Assembly: GCA_038060295.1 (NCBI GenBank)
Contig: JBBTHR010000028.1
Coordinates: forward strand, 234 to 64,233
Source of the DNA: Candidatus Eiseniibacteriota bacterium
GTDB lineage: Bacteria; Eisenbacteria; RBG-16-71-46; SZUA-252
DNA length: 64,000 bases
Reading direction: 5' to 3'
Shown: positions 19,036-27,909 of the stretch, one piece after another
How the letters are laid out: each line of letters opens with the position of its first letter
Position numbering within the stretch: position 1 is the stretch's first letter
Translations under genes and position numbers: made by a program
Notes under the pieces: generated by a model
What the model was told of the DNA's origin: nothing
What the model saw: the letters and a program-made list of their open reading frames with translations, nothing else
The model's database searches: none

Positions 19036-19554
19036 ATGAGCCAGAAGATGAACGACGCGCTGAACACGCAGATCGGAAACGAGTTCGGGGCGTCGATGCA
19101 GTACGTCGCCATCGGATGCCACTTCGGCGTGGAAGGGCTTCCGGAACTCTCCGCCCACTTCCTCCGGCAGGGTGACGAGGAGCGGATGCACGCGATGAAG
19201 CTGGTGCAGTACGTCGTCGACGCGGGCGGCCGCGTGGTCATCCCGCAGATCGCGGCGCCGAAGCCGAATTTCAAGACGGCCGAGGAAGCGGTGCAGCTCT
19301 CCGTCACCTGGGAAGTCACCGTCACGAAGCAGATCAACGGCCTCGTCGATCTCGCGATCGCGGAGTCGGATCACATCACGCGGAATTTCCTCCAGTGGTT
19401 CGTGAACGAGCAGCTCGAGGAGGTCTCCAGCATGGAGCAGCTCCTGAGCATCGTTCGCCGGGCCGGCGAGGGCGGGCTTCTCTTCGTCGAGGACTACCTG
19501 GCGCGCCGCGGCGCGCCGAAGGTGGCGTCGGCGGGAGGCGGCGCGGCCGAGTAG
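19036..19554 (+). CDS. ferritin (non-heme, Ftn-type)
   Basis: MSQKMNDALNTQIGNEFGASMQY...EERMHAMK...QWFVNEQLEE carries the ferroxidase-centre residues. GTG 19030 is an alternative start. Confidence 0.9.
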   Translation: MSQKMNDALNTQIGNEFGASMQYVAIGCHFGVEGLPELSAHFLRQGDEERMHAMKLVQYVVDAGGRVVIPQIAAPKPNFKTAEEAVQLSVTWEVTVTKQINGLVDLAIAESDHITRNFLQWFVNEQLEEVSSMEQLLSIVRRAGEGGLLFVEDYLARRGAPKVASAGGGAAE

Positions 19555-19594
19555 CGCCGCCGCCGGACGCGCGCCTCGCGCGCGGTGAATGGAA

Positions 19595-19626
19595 GAGGGC
19601 CGCCCCGGTTCGACCCGAGGCGGCCC
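19595..19626. terminator. bidirectional hairpin between convergent ferritin and M16 peptidase genes
   Basis: 9-bp stem AGGGCCGCC / GGCGGCCCT with a 14-nt loop. No clear U-tract. Confidence 0.45.
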
Positions 19627-19670
19627 TTCGCTCTGCATTCCCCGCTGCCGGAGCGGCGCGGAGGGCGAGG

Positions 19671-22514
19671 CTAGTTGCTGGTGGCGGTCACCTCGTTGCC
19701 GTCGGCGTCGCGAATCGCCATGGCGCCGAGGTTCAACTTCTGCAGCTGCGGCTCGATCGTCTTCCGATCGCCGACCGCGACGACCACCATCCGCTCGGGC
19801 GTGAGATATTTCTTCGCGACGGTGGCCACGTCGGCGGCCGTGATCGCGTTCACGCGCGTGGGAAGCGTCTCGTAGTAGTCGAGCGGGAGTTCGAAGAGGT
19901 AGAGCCCCGACATGGTGCCGGCCGTGCTCGCCGTCGTCTCGAAATTGGCGGGGAGCGGGCGCGTGATCGATTCCTTGGCCAGCGCCAGTTCCTCCTCGGT
20001 CACGCCGCCGTCCCGGATCTTCGTCACTTCTTTAAGGAGTTCCTCGGCCGACGGTCCCGTCACGTCGCCGCGAACCTGGGCGCCCGCCATGAACGGTCCG
20101 ACGCCGCGATTCTGCCCGATGAAGGAGAAGGCGCCGTAGGAGTAGCCCTTGTCCTCGCGCAGATTCAGGTTGATGCGGCTCGAGAAGAGCCCGCCCAGCA
20201 CGGTGTTCATCACGTCGAGCTTCTCGTAGTCAGGGTTCGAGCGGGTCACGCCGAACTGGCCGACGAGAAGGGCCGTGGAATTGGATCCGGCCTTGTCGAC
20301 GATCACCACGCGGGCGTTCGTCATCGCGCCCTCGGGGGGCGTCGACGTGGCGGCGGCATCGCCCTTCCACGATCCGAAACTGTCCTGAGCCAGCTTCTTC
20401 GCCTCGGCCTCGGTCAGGTTTCCGACCAGGATGAGGGCCGCGTTCTTCGGACTGTAGGAACTCTTGTAGAAGGTCTCCATGTCGGCGCGGGCGATTTTCT
20501 GGAGCGCGGCTTCCGTCCCGAGCGACGTATGCCCGTACGGGTGCGTCGGTCCGAAGAGACAGGCATTCATCACGCGCATCGCCGTCGGGAACGGAGCGTC
20601 GCGCTGCTGCATGAGCGCCGTCAGGCGCTCCTTGCGGACGCGTTCGATGTCCTTCTCGGGGAACGTGGGGGACGTCACGACGTCGGAGAGAATCGAGAGC
20701 GCCGGGAGCGCGTTCGCCTTCAACGCACGGGTCGAGGCGCCGCTCCCGTCCACCTGGGAGCTGGTCCCGAGGGTGGCGCCGAGGGCATGAATCTCGTCCG
20801 CGATCTGCATCGCGTCACGCTTCGAAGTTCCTTCGTCCAGCATCGAGGCCGTGAAACCAGCCAGGCCCGCCATGCCCTGCGGATCGCGGGCGCTTCCCGA
20901 GCGGAAGACGACGTTCGCCGAGACGATCGGGAGGTGGTTCGACTCCACGAGGTAGACCGTGAGTCCGTTCGGCATGCTGAACTTCTTTGCGCGCGGGAGC
21001 TTTGCGGTCGGAGCCGGGCCCGGCTTCGGCTGCTCGCTCCGCCACGGCTCGGCAGACGTTACCTTCTGCTCCTCGGCCGTCGGCTTCGGTGGCGCCGCTG
21101 GATCCGGCGGGAGCTTCTTGTCGCCGGGGATGGCGTGTGCCACGACCCGCTGGTTCTTGCCGAGTTGCTCCTGGGCGAACTTCTTCAGGCTCTCGGCCGT
21201 CACGGCGCCGTAGCGGGCGAGGTCCTGGTTCAGGTAGCCCGGATCCTTGTGAAACTGGTTGTACTTGTTCATCCGATCGGCGATGCCCTCGAATCCGCCG
21301 AAGCTCTCGAGGCTCGTCACGATCTCGGAGAAGATCGAGTTCTGCGCCGCGGCAACCTCGGCCGCGGTCGGGCCCTCGGCCGCGAACCGGGCGAGTTCCG
21401 CGTCGATCGCCGCCTCGACCTCGTCCACCGTGTGGCCCGGCTTCACCGTGGCCGTCACCTGGAGCTGGGAGCCGAGCAGGTAGGAACTCTGGAAGACCGT
21501 GACGTCCTGCGCGATCTGCTTCGTGTAGACGAGCGCCTTGTACAGCCGGCTCGCCTTGCCGCCGCCCAGGATGTTCGCGGCGACGGTCGCCTCCGCGTCG
21601 CCCGGCTTGAAGATCGGGGGCGTCAGATAGAGCATGTAGACGCGGGGGAGCGTCACCTTGTCGGTCATGGCGACGCGGCGCTCCGCCGTGATCGGGGGCG
21701 TCGTCGCCGTGATCGCGGGAATCGGCTCGCCGCGGGGGATCGAGCCGAAGTACTTCTCGATCAGCGCCTTCGTCTTCACCTTGTCGATGTCGCCGACGAT
21801 CACGAGGCTGGCGTTGTTGGGGCAGTAGTAGCGCTTGAAGAAGTCGCGGACGTCCTCGAGCTTCGCGGCCTGGATGTCCTCGTGCGATCCGATGATGTAG
21901 CCGTAGTACGGGTGCCCCTTCGGCAGCGCCGTCTGCAGCATCGCCTCTTCCACCAGCTGGTAGGGCGCGCTCTCGAGGCTCTGGCGCCGCTCGTTCCGCA
22001 CCACGTCCTGCTGATTGGCCAGCGACGCGGCCGTGATCGTGTCGAGGAGGAAGCCCATCCGGTCGCTCTCGAGCCAGAGCGCCGTCTCGAGCTGGTTCGC
22101 GGGAACGTCGCTGAGGTAGTTCGTCCGATCGGCGTCGGTGGTGCCATTGATGAACGACGCGCCCGCGCCTTCCATGTACTTCCAGAACTGGTCCTCGCCC
22201 ACGTGGCCGGAGGACTGGAACATCATGTGCTCGAAGAGATGGGCGAAGCCGGTGCGACCGGGGAGCTCGTTGGCCGGGCCGACGTGGTACCAGATGTTCG
22301 TGGCCACGATCGGAAGCCGGTGGTCCTCGCGAAGGATCACGTCGAGGCCGTTGGGGAGCGTGTACTTCTCGAAGTCGAGCTGGATCTGCGGCGGCTTCAC
22401 CGTCGATTCCTTCGAGGGGGCGGCCGCGGCGACCGACGCCGTGAGGGCCATGGCGAGGGCCAGGCCGAGTACGGCAAGCCGGTCGCTAAACTTGCGTTGC
22501 AGCGAGAACTTCAT
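19671..22514 (-). CDS. M16-family (pitrilysin/insulinase-like) zinc peptidase, double-length, secreted
   Basis: Signal peptide. HxxEH zinc motif FAHLFEHMMFQ. 947 aa consistent with two M16 active/inactive domain pairs. Confidence 0.9.
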   Translation of the reverse strand: MKFSLQRKFSDRLAVLGLALAMALTASVAAAAPSKESTVKPPQIQLDFEKYTLPNGLDVILREDHRLPIVATNIWYHVGPANELPGRTGFAHLFEHMMFQSSGHVGEDQFWKYMEGAGASFINGTTDADRTNYLSDVPANQLETALWLESDRMGFLLDTITAASLANQQDVVRNERRQSLESAPYQLVEEAMLQTALPKGHPYYGYIIGSHEDIQAAKLEDVRDFFKRYYCPNNASLVIVGDIDKVKTKALIEKYFGSIPRGEPIPAITATTPPITAERRVAMTDKVTLPRVYMLYLTPPIFKPGDAEATVAANILGGGKASRLYKALVYTKQIAQDVTVFQSSYLLGSQLQVTATVKPGHTVDEVEAAIDAELARFAAEGPTAAEVAAAQNSIFSEIVTSLESFGGFEGIADRMNKYNQFHKDPGYLNQDLARYGAVTAESLKKFAQEQLGKNQRVVAHAIPGDKKLPPDPAAPPKPTAEEQKVTSAEPWRSEQPKPGPAPTAKLPRAKKFSMPNGLTVYLVESNHLPIVSANVVFRSGSARDPQGMAGLAGFTASMLDEGTSKRDAMQIADEIHALGATLGTSSQVDGSGASTRALKANALPALSILSDVVTSPTFPEKDIERVRKERLTALMQQRDAPFPTAMRVMNACLFGPTHPYGHTSLGTEAALQKIARADMETFYKSSYSPKNAALILVGNLTEAEAKKLAQDSFGSWKGDAAATSTPPEGAMTNARVVIVDKAGSNSTALLVGQFGVTRSNPDYEKLDVMNTVLGGLFSSRINLNLREDKGYSYGAFSFIGQNRGVGPFMAGAQVRGDVTGPSAEELLKEVTKIRDGGVTEEELALAKESITRPLPANFETTASTAGTMSGLYLFELPLDYYETLPTRVNAITAADVATVAKKYLTPERMVVVAVGDRKTIEPQLQKLNLGAMAIRDADGNEVTATSN

Positions 22515-22674
22515 CCATTTTCTCCTTGGTGGGTGGATTTTGTTCGGGGGTGTATGGCGACATCGAACCTGTCACACGTACGACGTTGAATCGCTGGATG
22601 TTCCGCGAAACCGGGGACGCCTGTCAAGACGGCCGCGGGATCTCTCTTTCGGCGGTCGGATGCGTTTCCAGCGG

Positions 22675-23739
22675 CTAGGGTTGGAGGACGGTTCCGCGGT
22701 AGCGGGCCAGGGCGAGGTCGACGATCTCCTGGATCAGGGCGCCGTGGTCCCGGCCCGAGTCCTTGGCGGCCATGGCGAATTCGGCCGTGGTGTGGAGCCA
22801 GGGGTTGGGATTCACCTCCAGGACGTAGAACGAGTCGTCGTCGCGGAGCCTCAAGTCGACCCGAGCGTAGTCGCGGATCTCGAGGGCGCGACAGGCCCGG
22901 ACGGCGGTCTCCTGAATCGCGGCGGTGAGATCTTCCGGCAGGCGCGCGGGGACGCTCAGCTTCGTCTTCTGGTACGCCTCCGTGCCCCGATCCCACTTCA
23001 CCTCGGTCCCGGCGATCCGGGGGAGCCCCGCCGGAACGCCGGCGAGATCGAGCTCCACGAGCGGAAGCGCGGTCATCGGATCGTTCCCGAGCACGGCGGC
23101 GTAGATCTCCCGCCCCTCGATGTACTCCTCGATCAGCACGGGGCTGTCGAGGTCCGCGTGGAGGGCGTCGATCCGTTCCATCAACTCCTTGATGGAGCCG
23201 GCGACCGCGTTGAACTCGATTCCGATGGAACCGTCCTCGCGCTTCGGCTTCACGATGACCGGGAACTGGACGTCGTCCGCCCACTGGAGCCGTCCCTGGT
23301 AGACCGTCGCGAAGTGGGGGGTGCGAATGCCGTGAAACGCGAAGAGGCGCTTCGCGACCGCCTTGTCCTGCGCCAGGTGGAGTCCCGCGGGCCCGGAGCC
23401 GGTGTAGGGAAGTCCGAGAAGATCGAGGTAGGCGGCCAGGTGGACATCCTTCGTGTCGTCTCCCGCGTACGACTCGGTGAGGTTGAAGACGAGGTCGACG
23501 TCGGCGCCCGCCAGCGCCTTCAGCGTCCGCGCGCGGCCGTCGACGCAGAGGTAGCGGCAGGTGTGGCCGCGCTTCACGAGCGCGTCGTGGATCTCCTCGC
23601 GGTCCGACTTCTCGCGGCGCCGTTTCCGCTTGGGCGCGGTACCGTTCGAGGCCTCGGCGGCGGCCTCGGCCTCGGTGGCCTCGCGATCCACGTACCACTC
23701 GTCGTAGAGAATGCCGATGCGAAGCGGGATGTCACTCAT
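22675..23739 (-). CDS. ATP-grasp enzyme, D-alanine--D-alanine ligase family
   Basis: Start ATG 23739 (MSDIPLRIGILYDE). Ddl-like blocks FPVIVKPKREDGSIGI, LIEEYIEGREI, RVDLRLRDDDSFYVLEVNPNP. Basic insert KRKRRREKSDRE near the N-terminus. Confidence 0.85.
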   Translation of the reverse strand: MSDIPLRIGILYDEWYVDREATEAEAAAEASNGTAPKRKRRREKSDREEIHDALVKRGHTCRYLCVDGRARTLKALAGADVDLVFNLTESYAGDDTKDVHLAAYLDLLGLPYTGSGPAGLHLAQDKAVAKRLFAFHGIRTPHFATVYQGRLQWADDVQFPVIVKPKREDGSIGIEFNAVAGSIKELMERIDALHADLDSPVLIEEYIEGREIYAAVLGNDPMTALPLVELDLAGVPAGLPRIAGTEVKWDRGTEAYQKTKLSVPARLPEDLTAAIQETAVRACRALEIRDYARVDLRLRDDDSFYVLEVNPNPWLHTTAEFAMAAKDSGRDHGALIQEIVDLALARYRGTVLQP

Positions 23740-23828
23740 GGAGACGAACCGTACCACGCGATGCGCGGCCGGGGTAGGGGGAACGGCGCCTCTTGCACCG
23801 GGAGGCCCCGCGGCCCCACATTCTCCGC

Positions 23829-24602
23829 ATGACCGCCTCTGAAGCAGCGCTCTATTCCAGCCCCGAGATCTACGAGGTCGCGTTCGGCTGGGATCTGACG
23901 CGCGAGCTCGATTTCTACGAGAGCTGCTTCCGCGCCCACGTGCGCGGCCCGGTGCGGCGCCTGATGGAACCATGCTGCGGAACGGGTCGCATGCTGGAGG
24001 CGCTTGCCCGGCGCGGCTACGAGGCGGTCGGCTACGACCTGAGCGCGGAGATGGCGGCGTTCGCCGACGTGCGTCTCCGCCCGCTCGGCGGGGCGGCCTA
24101 CGCGGGCGACATGGAGACCTTTCGGGCCCCGGGCGTCTTCGACGCGGCCCTTCATCCGGTGAATTCCATCGGCTACCTGCTGGACGACGCGCCCTTCGCG
24201 TCGCATCTGGAGCGGATGGGAGAGATGCTCCGCCAGGGAGGGATCTACGTCGTGCAGATCTCCTATGGCGGAGAGCCGCCCGAGCTGGCCCGATTCGGCC
24301 CCTGGGGCAACAAGGGGAACGGACTCTCGACGACCCTCACCTGGTCGGTGGAGCGGGAAGACGCGGAGGCCAAGCGAAGCTACCAGCATTGCGTCGTGAC
24401 CGCGCGCCGCGGGAAGTGGCGCCGGCGGATCGAGGAGGATCATCTCCTCCGGTACTGGACGCAGGAGGACTTCGACCGGCTGGTGGAGGGGAGCCCGTTC
24501 CGGCTCGCCGCGATCTACTGGGATCGGTTCGAGCCGTTTCCGCTGGAGTGGAAACGCTTCGGAGAGCACGGCAACCTCTATCACGTGCTCCAGCGCCGCT
24601 AG
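23829..24602 (+). CDS. class I SAM-dependent methyltransferase
   Basis: Motif I LMEPCCGTGRMLEALA and post-I acidic residue GYDLS. Confidence 0.8.
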   Translation: MTASEAALYSSPEIYEVAFGWDLTRELDFYESCFRAHVRGPVRRLMEPCCGTGRMLEALARRGYEAVGYDLSAEMAAFADVRLRPLGGAAYAGDMETFRAPGVFDAALHPVNSIGYLLDDAPFASHLERMGEMLRQGGIYVVQISYGGEPPELARFGPWGNKGNGLSTTLTWSVEREDAEAKRSYQHCVVTARRGKWRRRIEEDHLLRYWTQEDFDRLVEGSPFRLAAIYWDRFEPFPLEWKRFGEHGNLYHVLQRR

Positions 24603-24627
24603 GGCGGCGGCGTTCCGCGGCAGCGGC

Positions 24628-25458
24628 TCAGCGCTTCGGGAGGTCGTTCGCGATCTTCAGAAGAATCGCCGCCAGCGTGTCGGGCTGGTCTCGCATCACG
24701 AGGTGGCCCGATTCCAGCACTCGGTAGCCCTCGGCGGACCCCGCGGTCATGTACCCGAAGCGGTGTCTGCCTCGCTCCCACGGCTGCGTCACCGGCCACG
24801 ATCCCTCCGCCGCGATCACGTGAATCGGAATTTCCAGATCGCGGATTCTCGTACGCAGGTCGGTCCGCCAGGCGTCGCGCAGGTAGGCGGAGAGCACCTC
24901 CCGCGGTACGCGGAGCGCCTGCACGACGGCGGAGTCGGATTCCGCCGGATTCTGCGACATGACCTCGAAGATCGCCCGAACCAACGAGGGGTAGCGTTCC
25001 TCGATGTAGCGCTCCAGGGCGACGGTCCGCGCGCTGTCCTGCGGCGTGTAGGAACCCATGTCGATCACCGCGACGGCCGCCACGCGCTTCGGGCTCGCCA
25101 CAGCTTCCTCCAGGGCGACCCAGGCGCCGTAGGAGTGCCCGACCAGGAGGGCCCGCTCGACATGCTGTCGCTCGAGCGCCTTGTCGACGGCGCGCGCGAC
25201 GCTCTTCACCGTGATCTCCCCGATCATCGGGGACGCGCCGTGCCCCGGCAGTTCCACGCGAACGACGCGGTGCGTCTTGGAGAGGGCGGGCAGGACCAGG
25301 TCCCACAGCGACCGATCGCTGCCGGCGCCGTGAAGGAGAACGATCGCCGGCTCCCCCTTGCCCTGCGAATCGCCCCAGAGCGGAATGTCTCCGGCGAACA
25401 GGGCGGAGGAGGCCACGAGGAAGAATGCCGCGAGGATCGGCGAGAGAGTGCGTCGCAT
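24628..25458 (-). CDS. alpha/beta hydrolase, secreted
   Basis: Signal peptide. HGAGSD oxyanion region. Nucleophile elbow VGHSYGA. Confidence 0.8.
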   Translation of the reverse strand: MRRTLSPILAAFFLVASSALFAGDIPLWGDSQGKGEPAIVLLHGAGSDRSLWDLVLPALSKTHRVVRVELPGHGASPMIGEITVKSVARAVDKALERQHVERALLVGHSYGAWVALEEAVASPKRVAAVAVIDMGSYTPQDSARTVALERYIEERYPSLVRAIFEVMSQNPAESDSAVVQALRVPREVLSAYLRDAWRTDLRTRIRDLEIPIHVIAAEGSWPVTQPWERGRHRFGYMTAGSAEGYRVLESGHLVMRDQPDTLAAILLKIANDLPKR

Positions 25459-25461
25459 GGG

Positions 25462-26241
25462 CTAGGGAGTCCTCCGGTGGAGCGCGTGAGCCGAGGCTTG
25501 GTCGGTCGGCATGAGAAGAATCTGCTGCACGTTCACGTGCGCGGGGCGGGTCACGGCCCACGCCACCGCGTCCGCGACGTCCTCGGCCGCCAGCGGCCGC
25601 ACCCCCTGGTACACCGACCTCGCCCGATCGGCGTCACCCTTGAAGCGGACCAGGCTGAATTCGGTCTCGGCCAGCCCCGGCTCCACGTTGATGACCCGGA
25701 CGCCAGTTCCGAGGACGTCGTAGCGGAGCGCGTCGGAAATCGCCCGCACGGCGAACTTGGTCGCGGCGTAGACGGCGCCTCCCGCGTAGACCTGATGCCC
25801 CGCCACCGAGCCGATGTTCACGACGTCGCCTCCGCGGCGGCGAACGAGGCCGGGAAGGCAGGCGCGGGTGACGTGGAGGAGCCCTTTCACGTTGGTGTCG
25901 ATCATCTGGTCCCAATCGGCGGGATCGCCGCTCTGAACGGGATCGAGGGCGAGCGCGAGGCCGGCGTTGTTCACGAGGATGTCGAGGCGATCGAGGAGTT
26001 CCGCGGCGGCGCCGAGGGTCCGTTCGACCGATCCGCGGTCGCGCACGTCGAAGGCGAGGATTTCCGTCTCGACGCCGTGACGCTCGCGGAGGTCGGCCGC
26101 GAGGCGCTCGAGCCGGTCGGCGCGCCGCGCGTTGATCGCCACGTGGCACCCCTCCGCCGCGAGACGGCGCGCGATCGCCTCGCCGAATCCGCTGGAGGCG
26201 CCCGTGACGAGGGCCCAGCGGCCCTTCAAGGGAAGAATCAT
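25462..26241 (-). CDS. SDR-family NAD(P)-dependent oxidoreductase (YdfG-like)
   Basis: Start ATG 26241 (MILPLKGRWALVTGASSGFG). NNAG and catalytic YAATK motifs. The rest of ORF 25462-28308 is antisense to glpD. Confidence 0.9.
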   Translation of the reverse strand: MILPLKGRWALVTGASSGFGEAIARRLAAEGCHVAINARRADRLERLAADLRERHGVETEILAFDVRDRGSVERTLGAAAELLDRLDILVNNAGLALALDPVQSGDPADWDQMIDTNVKGLLHVTRACLPGLVRRRGGDVVNIGSVAGHQVYAGGAVYAATKFAVRAISDALRYDVLGTGVRVINVEPGLAETEFSLVRFKGDADRARSVYQGVRPLAAEDVADAVAWAVTRPAHVNVQQILLMPTDQASAHALHRRTP

Positions 26242-26271
26242 GGCGCGAGGATAACACGCCCCGGCGGCTCC

Positions 26272-27909
26272 ATGCCTCTGCCGGAGCGCCGCAGGGAGCG
26301 CCGCAGGGAGCGCCACAGGGAGCGCCACAGAGCGCCGCGGCGGGTTGACGGCGCGCCCAGGTCGACTAGACTCGGCGGCGCGGCCACGCGCACGGAGGCT
26401 CGTGGCGACGCTCGCTCCAGGGAGGGTGTCATTCTCGATCTGCTCGTCGTCGGCGGTGGAATTCACGGGGTGGCCGTCGCGCGCGACGCGGCGCTGCGCG
26501 GCCTGTCGGTCCTCCTCGCCGAGCGAGGCGACCTCGCCGGGGCGACGAGCAGCCGCACCTCGAAGCTGATCCACGGCGGCATCCGCTACCTGGAGCGCGG
26601 CGAAGTCCCGCTGGTGCGCGAGGCGCTGCGCGAGCGCGCCATCCTCCTCCGCATCGCGCCCGATCTGGTCCATCCCCTCACGTTCCTCCTTCCGGTCTAC
26701 CGCGGCGAAGGACGCCCGCCCTGGATGATCCACGCGGGGCTCTGGCTCTACGGCGCGCTGGCGGGCCGCGACCCGCTCTCCGCGCACCGGCGCCTCGACG
26801 CGGCCGGCATGCTCCGGTTCGAGGCGGCGCTGAAGCCCGAGGGGCTCCGGGGAGGCTTCGTCTTTCGCGACGCGCAGATGGACGACGCCCTTCTCTGCGT
26901 GGCGACCGCGGTGTCCGCGGAACGGACGGGCGCGGAGATCCGGACCTACACCGAGGTGCGCGGCCTGGAACGGACCTCGGCCGGATGGCGCGCCCGGCTG
27001 GCCGATCTGGAGCGTGGCGTCGAGGAGGCCGTGGAGGCCCGCTGGGTGGTGAACGCCGCCGGTCCCTGGGCCGACCGTGTGCGCGCGCTCGGTCGGCCCA
27101 GGGTCGAGCCGATGGTCCGCCGCACGCGGGGGACTCACGTCGTGCTGGAAGGGTCGCTCGTCTCGAGCGCGATCCTGCTCACCGCGCGTCGCGACGGCCG
27201 CGTCTTCTTCGTCATTCCATGGGACACGCACACCATCATCGGCACGACCGACGTGGACGACGAACGCGATCCCGATCAGGTCGGACCCGACCCCGCCGAT
27301 GTCCGCTACCTCCTGGAGGAGGCGTCGCGCGCGTTGCCGGCTCTCCGCGAGGGGGCGCGGCCGGTGCGCGCGTTCGCGGGGGTGCGCCCCCTCGCGGGCC
27401 GCGCGTCGCGAGGCGGCGCCCCTTCGGCGAATCGGCGGGAGCACCGGCTGCTGGAGGAGGACCGCATCGTCAGCATCGTGGGGGGGAAGTACACGACGCA
27501 CAGGGCGCTCGCAGCTCACGTCGTCGATCGGATCGTCGCCCGCGATGGACGCCGGGCCCCGGCATGCACCACCGCCGACTCCCTCCTCTCGGTGGGCCGC
27601 GAGGCCGGCATTGCGGGGCTGGCTTCGCAGCACCCCCGTTCGCTCGATCTTCCGGGGGGCCTCGGGCTCCGCGAGGCGGAAGTCGCTTTCGCCGTCCGAT
27701 TCGAGAAGGCGAAACGACTCGAGGACGTGCTCCTGCGACGGACCCGCCTCTGGCTCGACGCGCGCGCGCTTCGCGAGGCGGCGGGGCCGGCGTCGGAGTG
27801 GATGGCGAGGATCCGGGGATGGAACGAGACGGCCCGGCGCGACATGCTGGAGGGCTTTCGCCGCTCGCTCGACGAAGAAGCCCGCGTCCTGAAGGAGGGA
27901 ACGACGTGA
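26272..27909 (+). CDS. glpD: FAD-dependent glycerol-3-phosphate dehydrogenase/oxidase
   Basis: DLLVVGGGIHGVAVARDAA dinucleotide fold, SSRTSKLIHGGIRYL, GGKYTTHR. Start uncertain: ATG 26272 is the only canonical in-frame start upstream of the GxGxxG motif. Confidence 0.85.
   Translation: MPLPERRRERRRERHRERHRAPRRVDGAPRSTRLGGAATRTEARGDARSREGVILDLLVVGGGIHGVAVARDAALRGLSVLLAERGDLAGATSSRTSKLIHGGIRYLERGEVPLVREALRERAILLRIAPDLVHPLTFLLPVYRGEGRPPWMIHAGLWLYGALAGRDPLSAHRRLDAAGMLRFEAALKPEGLRGGFVFRDAQMDDALLCVATAVSAERTGAEIRTYTEVRGLERTSAGWRARLADLERGVEEAVEARWVVNAAGPWADRVRALGRPRVEPMVRRTRGTHVVLEGSLVSSAILLTARRDGRVFFVIPWDTHTIIGTTDVDDERDPDQVGPDPADVRYLLEEASRALPALREGARPVRAFAGVRPLAGRASRGGAPSANRREHRLLEEDRIVSIVGGKYTTHRALAAHVVDRIVARDGRRAPACTTADSLLSVGREAGIAGLASQHPRSLDLPGGLGLREAEVAFAVRFEKAKRLEDVLLRRTRLWLDARALREAAGPASEWMARIRGWNETARRDMLEGFRRSLDEEARVLKEGTT
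26283..26330. repeat. 12-nt tandem repeat x4 (GGAGCGCCGCAG x2, GGAGCGCCACAG x2) plus a partial fifth unit
   Basis: Read directly from the sequence. Lies between the divergent SDR start (26241) and the GlpD FAD-binding fold. In the glpD frame it reads RRRERRRERHRERHR. Confidence 0.9.

Noticed and set aside
19395-22589. 1064-aa plus-strand ORF, the longest in the track
   Set aside because: It is entirely antisense to the M16 peptidase gene (19671-22514), which has a signal peptide and an HxxEH motif. The plus-strand translation is Arg/Gly/Leu/Val-rich with no motifs, a typical high-GC shadow ORF.
24703-26271. N-terminal 520 aa of the 1068-aa ORF that ends as glpD
   Set aside because: This part is antisense to the alpha/beta hydrolase and SDR genes and lacks any GlpD similarity. 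The real GlpD similarity starts at the GxGxxG fold near 26437.
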